A stretch of 64,000 nt of DNA, from assembly GCA_964187785.1 (NCBI GenBank), contig OZ076409.1, positions 37,016,001 to 37,080,000 of the forward strand, read 5' to 3'. The notes under the pieces are model-generated. The model was not told where the DNA came from, searched no databases, and saw only the letters and a list, made by a program, of their open reading frames with translations. Origin of the DNA: Amphiscolops sp. MND2022 (lineage: Eukaryota). Made by a program: the position numbers and the translations under genes. Below are positions 60,401 to 64,000 of the stretch, one piece after another (the stretch's first letter is position 1; each line of letters starts with the position of its first letter).

Positions 60401-63400
60401 TTGTACGAAGTGGAACTCTCAAATACTAGGAAGAGAGTGGAAGTCCTTCCGTAGGTTATTAGTGGATCGAGTTTGTCATGACTTGATAAATCGGTAGCAG
60501 ATCAACTCAGTCTGCTAGGAGTGAAAATGAGTCTAACGGTTAGTGGAATAAATGGTACCGAATGCCACGACAGTCAGCTTGTCAAAGTCACCATTCATTC
60601 AAAGAATCACGGAATTGAAGATCACCAGATGACTATTTACCATAAGTCATTGGCAGCAGTTTTTACGATATTCGAAGAATGGACAGTCATTATCCGCAAT
60701 AGACAAAAGTTCCGTCAACAATTCTAGTCTGCATGATGTCAAAGCTATCTATGGAATAGGTTGCGTCTCATTGACTCGACCTTTAGAATACAAACGTGGT
60801 CAGCCAGGTATGCTATGGGCTATTCGGTGTTCTTTTGGGTGGACAGTCAATGGCCCTTTGCCAAAAAGATTGTGTCGTCGCTGACAGTATGTCATGTTTA
60901 GGCTTATCCGTCCTCAGATTTCGACTTGAGCGAACAAATCAAGACTGGGTGGAACAAAAAAAGTTATGGTTCAGGAGTGAAAATGGACGTGCAACCCAGA
61001 TCAGATGTGAAAGCATGGGCAACTTTGGAAGCGTCAACTCGCTGTGAAAATAGCTGATACGCTGTGGAAATATATCAAAATTTTCCTCCTTCCAGTCTCA
61101 TGAATGTTTATCGTTGTGTGGTAAAGCAGATTCTGTCTCTCGAAAGTCGACTGGCAATAAACCCAGAACATAAAGCAGCGTCTTCAAATACAGTCAAGAC
61201 AGACGAAGATTCGGGTTAAATTCAGAATCTTGAACATACTGATCTTCAAGAGACTAAAAATGAATCCAAGATGATGTTTACCCTATCATCCTGTGAATAA
61301 CCCGAACAAACCTGGAAAAGTTAGGCGCGTCTGCAATGCGGCTACGAAATTCGAAGGACAATCCTTGATCAAAAGATTTTTCAGTGGTCGGAATTTATTG
61401 AAGAATCCTGTGGGGATCGTATGGTGGTTTCGTGAGAAGCCTTTTGACATGTCCCTACAGAGGATTCAAAATGTCTTTTTGTTAGGCGAAAAAACCAATC
61501 AGACGATGTATTAACTTATGAAAACACTCATGATATATTTGGAGCCAAAGACTAGCCAACATTTTCCAATTATGCTTCAAAGCGTACCGCCACAAACAAT
61601 GAAGAAGAGTTCCCAGTGGCTTCTATAATTAGGAAGCGAAATTTTTTCAGGGACGACTTCTTGTATTCCGCTGAAAATATCCAAGTAGCCTAGTCTTTGA
61701 AACGAGACCTCAGATCTTTATCGTAGAAAGGCGGTTTCAGGCTTTCTAAATGGCATGCAAAAGTGGAAAAATTTTGCGAGGAAGACAGTGACGGTGAAAG
61801 AGTTAATGCCTTGGGTTTCGAATGGATTCTCATCTCGGATGATCCTAATTTATGCCGTGGCGTTTCATGTAAAGTGCCTACTATAATCACTCACAGAGAT
61901 ATCCTGTCAGTGGCATCGTCCGTTTTTGACCACTTGGGGTTGGCACGATTCAAATTCGCGCCTTTTTTTGACCGTTTTGGCAGAAGGCCTTGAATTGCCA
62001 TTATGGCTTTCAGCGTGACAGTAATGTACAATTACATGTGTTGTTGCCTACTTGAAGTTTGAGAATGATGACAAAGTCCAATTCTCTTTCGTGGTGAGAA
62101 AAATAGGAGTTGCTCTTATCAAATACACTACAATTCTAAAACTGGAATTTCATGCAGCCCTTCATGCGTCACGGATAAATGTATCAATCAAAGAAGAACA
62201 CGATCTCACCATGGATCAAGTTTTCATGTGAATCGAATCATTGACTGGGATACAATGGCTTAATGCATTTGAAAAGAAGCAGCAAATTTTCGTTGCTAAT
62301 CGTGTCGGCAAATTTTAGAAAACACCGAACTAGGTGAATAGAATTTGGTCCCTGGGGCACAAAATCCAGCAGATTTTGACACGCGAGGGGTGAGAGATAT
62401 GAAATTGCGTCGAGTTTGTGGCTAAACGGGACGTCGTTGCTGAGTGAGAACAATGCTCACTAGCTGAGAACTCTTGCGGCGTGCACTACTTCTGAGGGCG
62501 CTTCAGAAACCTCTCAAGTATTTACCTTTTTGCCATACAAGCCACTTAAGATACAATCTGAACAATCTAGTTCTTGAAATTAAATTAATTCTTATTATTT
62601 GTTCTATTATTCACTCGATTAGCTGCAATCGGGTAAAAGGACTGACCAATCACAGCGCAGAACAAATCATATTGAAATTGGTTCAAAAGAAAGCTTTCAC
62701 AACTGACTTTGAAACCCTAATCAACAGAAAAGATATATATTGAAAGTCAAAAGTTGCACAATATTGCCCGATTCTAGGTGAACAAGTAATTATCAGAGCA
62801 CGTCAAAGGTGATCAAAAATGGTTTTGATTTCGAAACTAACCACCCAAACTCATAACCATCCAAATATCCTATGATACGACTGATGATGCTGAAATGTCA
62901 TTTGGACAACTACCAGCAAGGTGTTGGAAATATGACAAATGAACTGCAACAAAAATTAGGCCTTGGAATTGCCTTGCGGAACACCAAAATCAAACTAACC
63001 TAGCCAAAGAGTGAAGAAAATTGAATTCCTTTAACTTATGTTGGAATGGATTACCTTGGGCCATTAGAGGTGAAGAATATGACCTTGAAAAGATGGGTAT
63101 GTGTCTTAACCTGCCTGTCTGCAACGGCCATACAACTTGAAATGGTGTTTCGCTAGACACTGACATGTCTGAGTGCAGTACGCGATTCATTGCCAGCCGA
63201 GGTCACCCATCGACAGTTTGCAGCGATAATGGTACAAACTTAGTTAGTGCGAACAGCGAGCTGAAGCAAATTGCATCAATTGGCAAAATAGCGAATTTCA
63301 AGTAAAACCTCCTCAAAAAAAGCGCGCTTCGAAAGCTCGCTTCGAAAGCGCGCTTTGCAACCCTGCTGCAGCGCCACATTTCGGAAATGTTTGGGAGCGA

Positions 63401-63970
63401 ATTGTGGAGACATGAGAACAGGCCATTCACCACGTTCTGAATGGTCAAAGGCTCACTGACGAACTGTTAGCTACAATTCTTTGTCTCCGAGCAAATGCTA
63501 AATTTTCGCTTCCTCACGATTTGCTCCAATGATTCTTCCGACGACATGAAGGTTTTGGCACATCATCATTTTCTATTGGGCCGGTCGAGTATTGCTATTC
63601 CTCATTTGCCAGATACGCAAAAGTACCTAAGTCACGGGAAAATGTTTCCAGTTGCCCCAGCTCACATGTTCAACATGTGGTCACGATGGTTGAAAAAGTA
63701 TCTTCCTAAGCTCAGTATTCACCAGAATAGGTACAGAAAACGCTCCCGCTGTAAGAAAATGATCTGGCATGGATTATCGAACATCTTGGAAAACGAGGTT
63801 TTTACCGCCTTGAAAGTGTCAAAAGTGTCATTTTGGGAAGTATAGCAATTTTCAATCTTGTGATGTCCAAATGCAGTCAGGATTGATTTCTCGGCCTATT
63901 ATTAGGTTATCCCGTGTATTTGACCTTATTGGTTGTCTACCTCCTCAAGAGAAACACAGTGCCGGCAATA
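57439..63970 (+). mobile_element. Second BEL/Pao LTR retrotransposon, heavily degenerate; ends uncertain
   Basis: LTR end TTTACA (57630) followed by PBS-like TGGTGCCG (57634). Remnants of capsid (PPKFKMTEFAGAPLE, ~59460), CCHC (CSIDCCKRRHNRLLH), RT (NPNKPGKVRRVCNAATKFEG), RH (TILKLE) and IN (SDNGTN, HHFLLGR). Confidence 0.85.
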
Positions 63971-64000
63971 AAAATGGTCGAAAATTGGCAACTGAAAAAA

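Noticed and set aside
63318..63357. AAAGCGCGCTTCG triplication with a palindrome
   Set aside because: A short local slippage duplication in a dead integrase; no sign of function.

Overview
Eukaryotic, AT-rich, transposon-dense invertebrate DNA; the repeat families resemble those of the acoel Symsagittifera, which is an unverified impression. The only host gene recognised is the first coding exon of an SLC1/EAAT amino-acid transporter (21746-22013, minus). I found no second exon downstream, so 1-21745 is probably one long intron. The rest is mobile DNA: (1) an intact 1.84-kb hAT/CGGBP1-type transposon with perfect TIRs and an 8-bp TSD; (2) a decayed BEL/Pao LTR element (8476-16823) with a tRNA-like A/B-box unit in its LTR, an SGNH-fold-like ORF and three conserved hairpins upstream of gag, inserted just upstream of the A-box of a tRNA-like sequence; (3) an old Ty3/gypsy relic with an internal fold-back; (4) a probable solo LTR; (5) a young 17.9-kb Ty3/gypsy element (37411-55321) whose Pol tail has AT-hook motifs and a TARG1/DarG-like macrodomain, followed by an intact ~1,370-aa non-Env ORF with an SGNH-like domain; (6) a second decayed BEL element, a LINE RT fragment, several MITEs and Helentron/DINE-like repeats. 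The most promising novelty is the accessory cargo of the two LTR elements. All domain calls are by-eye motif matches and need HMM or structure confirmation.
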